Positions 61,953 to 64,000 of a stretch of 64,000 nucleotides of DNA are shown here, in pieces. The DNA comes from Mobula hypostoma (lineage: Eukaryota). A model generated the notes under the pieces. That model had not been told where the DNA came from. It made no database searches and saw only the letters and a list, made by a program, of their open reading frames with translations. Location: contig NC_086108.1 of assembly GCF_963921235.1 (NCBI RefSeq), forward strand, positions 109,990,001-110,054,000, given 5' to 3'. Each line of letters starts with the position of its first letter. Position 1 is the first letter of the stretch. Both the position numbers and the translations under genes were made by a program.

Positions 61953-63051
61953 CACTATCAACTCTGCTCTTAAATGCATCTCCCCCATTTCACGTACATC
62001 TGCCCTCACTCCATCCTCCCGCCACCCCACTAGGAATAGGGTTCCCCTTGTCCTCACCTATGACTCCAACAACCTCCGGGTCCAACATATTATTCTCCGT
62101 AACTTCCGCCAACTCCAACTGGATCCCACCACTTAGCACATCTTTCCCTCCCCCCTCTCTCTGCTTTCTACAGGGATCACTCCCTACGTGACTCCCTTGT
62201 CCATTCATCCCCCCCATCCCTCCCCACCAATCTCCCTCCTGGCACTTATCCCTGTAAGATGAACAAATGCTACACATGCCCTTACACTTCCTCCCTTATC
62301 ACCATTCAGGGCCCCAGACAGTCCTTTCAGGTGAGGCGACACTTCACCTGTGAGTCAGCTGGGGTGATATACTGCATCCGGTGCTCCCGATGTGGTCCTC
62401 TATATATTGGCGAGACCCAACGTAGACTGGGAGATCTTTTCGCTGAACACCTACGCTCTGTCCGCCAGAGAAAGCAGGATCTCCCAGTGGCCACACATTT
62501 TAATTCCACATCCCATTCCCATTCTGATATGTCTATCCACGCCCTCCTCTACTGTAAAGATGAAGCCACACTCAGGTTGGAGGAACAACACCTTATATTC
62601 CGTCTGGGTAGCCTCCAACCTGATGGCACGAACATTGACTTCTCAAACTTCCGCTAATGCCCCACCTCCCCCTCATACCCCATCCGTTATTTATTTATAT
62701 ACACACATTCTTTCTCTCTCTCTCCTTTTTCTCCCTCTGTCTCTCTCACTATACCCCTTGCCCATCCTCTGGGTTTCCCCCCCTCCCCCTTTTCTTTCTC
62801 CCTGGGCCTCCTGTCCCATGATCCTCTCATATCCCTTTTGCCAATCAACTGTCCAGCTCTTGGCTCTATCCCTCCCCCTCCTGTCTTCTCCTATCATTTT
62901 GGATCTCCCCCTCCTCCTCCTACTTTCAAATCTCTTACTAGCTCTTCCTTCAGTTAGTCCTGACGAAGGGTCTCGGCCCAAAACGTCGACTGTACCTCTT
63001 CCTAGAGATGCTGCCTGGCCTGCTGCGTTCACCAGCAACTTTGATGTGTGT
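61953..63051 (+). mobile_element. Penelope-like (Neptune-type) element, right arm
   Basis: ORF 62259..62657 is an uninterrupted GIY-YIG domain (KCYTC...GVIYCIRCSRCGPLYIGETQRRL...FAEHL...EEQHLIFRLGSLQPDG); hammerhead motif at 62956-62991 has GAAA changed to AAAA. Confidence 0.92.
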
Positions 63052-63067
63052 GGTCAGCATTATAAAA

Positions 63068-63686
63068 AACATAGAATAGTACAGCACAGCACAGGCCTTT
63101 CGGCCCACAATGTTGTGTCGACGCTCAAACCCTGCCTCCCATATAAGCCCCCACCTTAAATTCCTCCATATACCTGTCCAGTAGTCTCCTAAACTTCACT
63201 AGTGTATCTGCCTCCACCAATGACTCAGGCAGTGCATTCCACGCACCAACCACTCTCTGAGTAAAAAACCTTCCTCTAATATCCCCCTTGAACTTCCCAC
63301 CCCTTACCTTAAAGCCATGTCCTCTTGTATTGAGCAGTGGTGCCCTGGGGAAGAGACGCTGGCTATCCACTCTATCTATTCCTCTTATTATCTTGTACAC
63401 CTCTATCATGTCTCCTCTCATCCTCCTTCTCTCCAAAGAGTAAAGCCCTAGCTCCCTTAATCTCTGATTATCTTCTTGCTTTTATATTCAATTTCCTTTG
63501 AAATAAATGCCAGCATTGCAATTGCCTTCTTTACCAAAGACTCAACCTGTAAATTAACCTTCTGGGAGTCTTGCACAAGAACTCCTAGGTCCCTCTGCAC
63601 CTCTGATGTTTGAACCTTCTCCCCATTTAGATAATAGTCCACACTATTGTCCCTTTTACCAAAATGAATTATCATACATTTCCCAA
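63068..63686 (-). mobile_element. CR1 fragments (3' end plus a separate RT-downstream piece)
   Basis: RRMRGDMIEVYKIIRG...FFTQRVVGAWNALP; QRDLGVLVQDSQKVNLQV. Confidence 0.88.
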
Positions 63687-63769
63687 CGCCGGATTCTTGG
63701 CAGTTTTATTGTCAGAAGCTAGGGTAGAGTGACACTGAAGATTTACTGATAGCCTGCGTTAATACCATC

Positions 63770-64000
63770 AGGGGCCCCCACCACTCATGTCACGCTCTCT
63801 TCTCACTGCTGTCATCAGCAGGGAGGTACAGGAGCCTCAGGACTCACACCACCAGGTTCAGGTAAAGTTATTACCTCTCAACCATCAGGCTCCTGAACCA
63901 GAGGGGATAACCTCACTCAACTTCACTCACCCCAACACTGAACTGTTCCCACAACCAATGGACTCACTTTCAAGGACTCTTCATCTCATGTTCTCCATAT
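63770..64000 (+). mobile_element. Rex1/Babar-type LINE 3' end (runs off the window)
   Basis: HALFSLLSSAGRYRSLRTHTTRFR-type sequence and family 3' UTR. Confidence 0.8.

Noticed and set aside
62392..63159. 255-aa ORF and similar L/P/S-rich ORFs (60576..61037, 23618..24289, 19325..19831)
   Set aside because: Alternative frames through PLE pyrimidine-rich 3' regions.

Overview
Eukaryotic (vertebrate) genomic DNA, very probably from a cartilaginous fish, likely a ray. That call is inferred from the repeat content: HE1/V-type SINEs, abundant CR1, Neptune-type Penelope elements and Rex1/Babar. Most of the window is nested, decayed transposons: CR1, Rex1/Babar, Penelope-like elements (PLE) with GIY-YIG and minimal hammerhead-ribozyme motifs, a 3.2-kb HERO (RT+CCHC+RLE) element inserted in an L2 3' end, RTE-derived short elements, Tc1/Tigger derivatives and three solo LTRs. 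Nearly all ORFs in the track are transposon remnants or antisense noise. A CpG island at about 29.9-32.0 kb has splice donors facing both ways and looks like a bidirectional promoter. No host protein-coding gene could be named. The main findings are the hammerhead-bearing PLE ends and their palindromic mini-derivatives, a 2.5-kb fold-back PLE, and the HERO insertion. Most repeat boundaries are approximate (tens of bp); TSD and motif positions were counted by hand.
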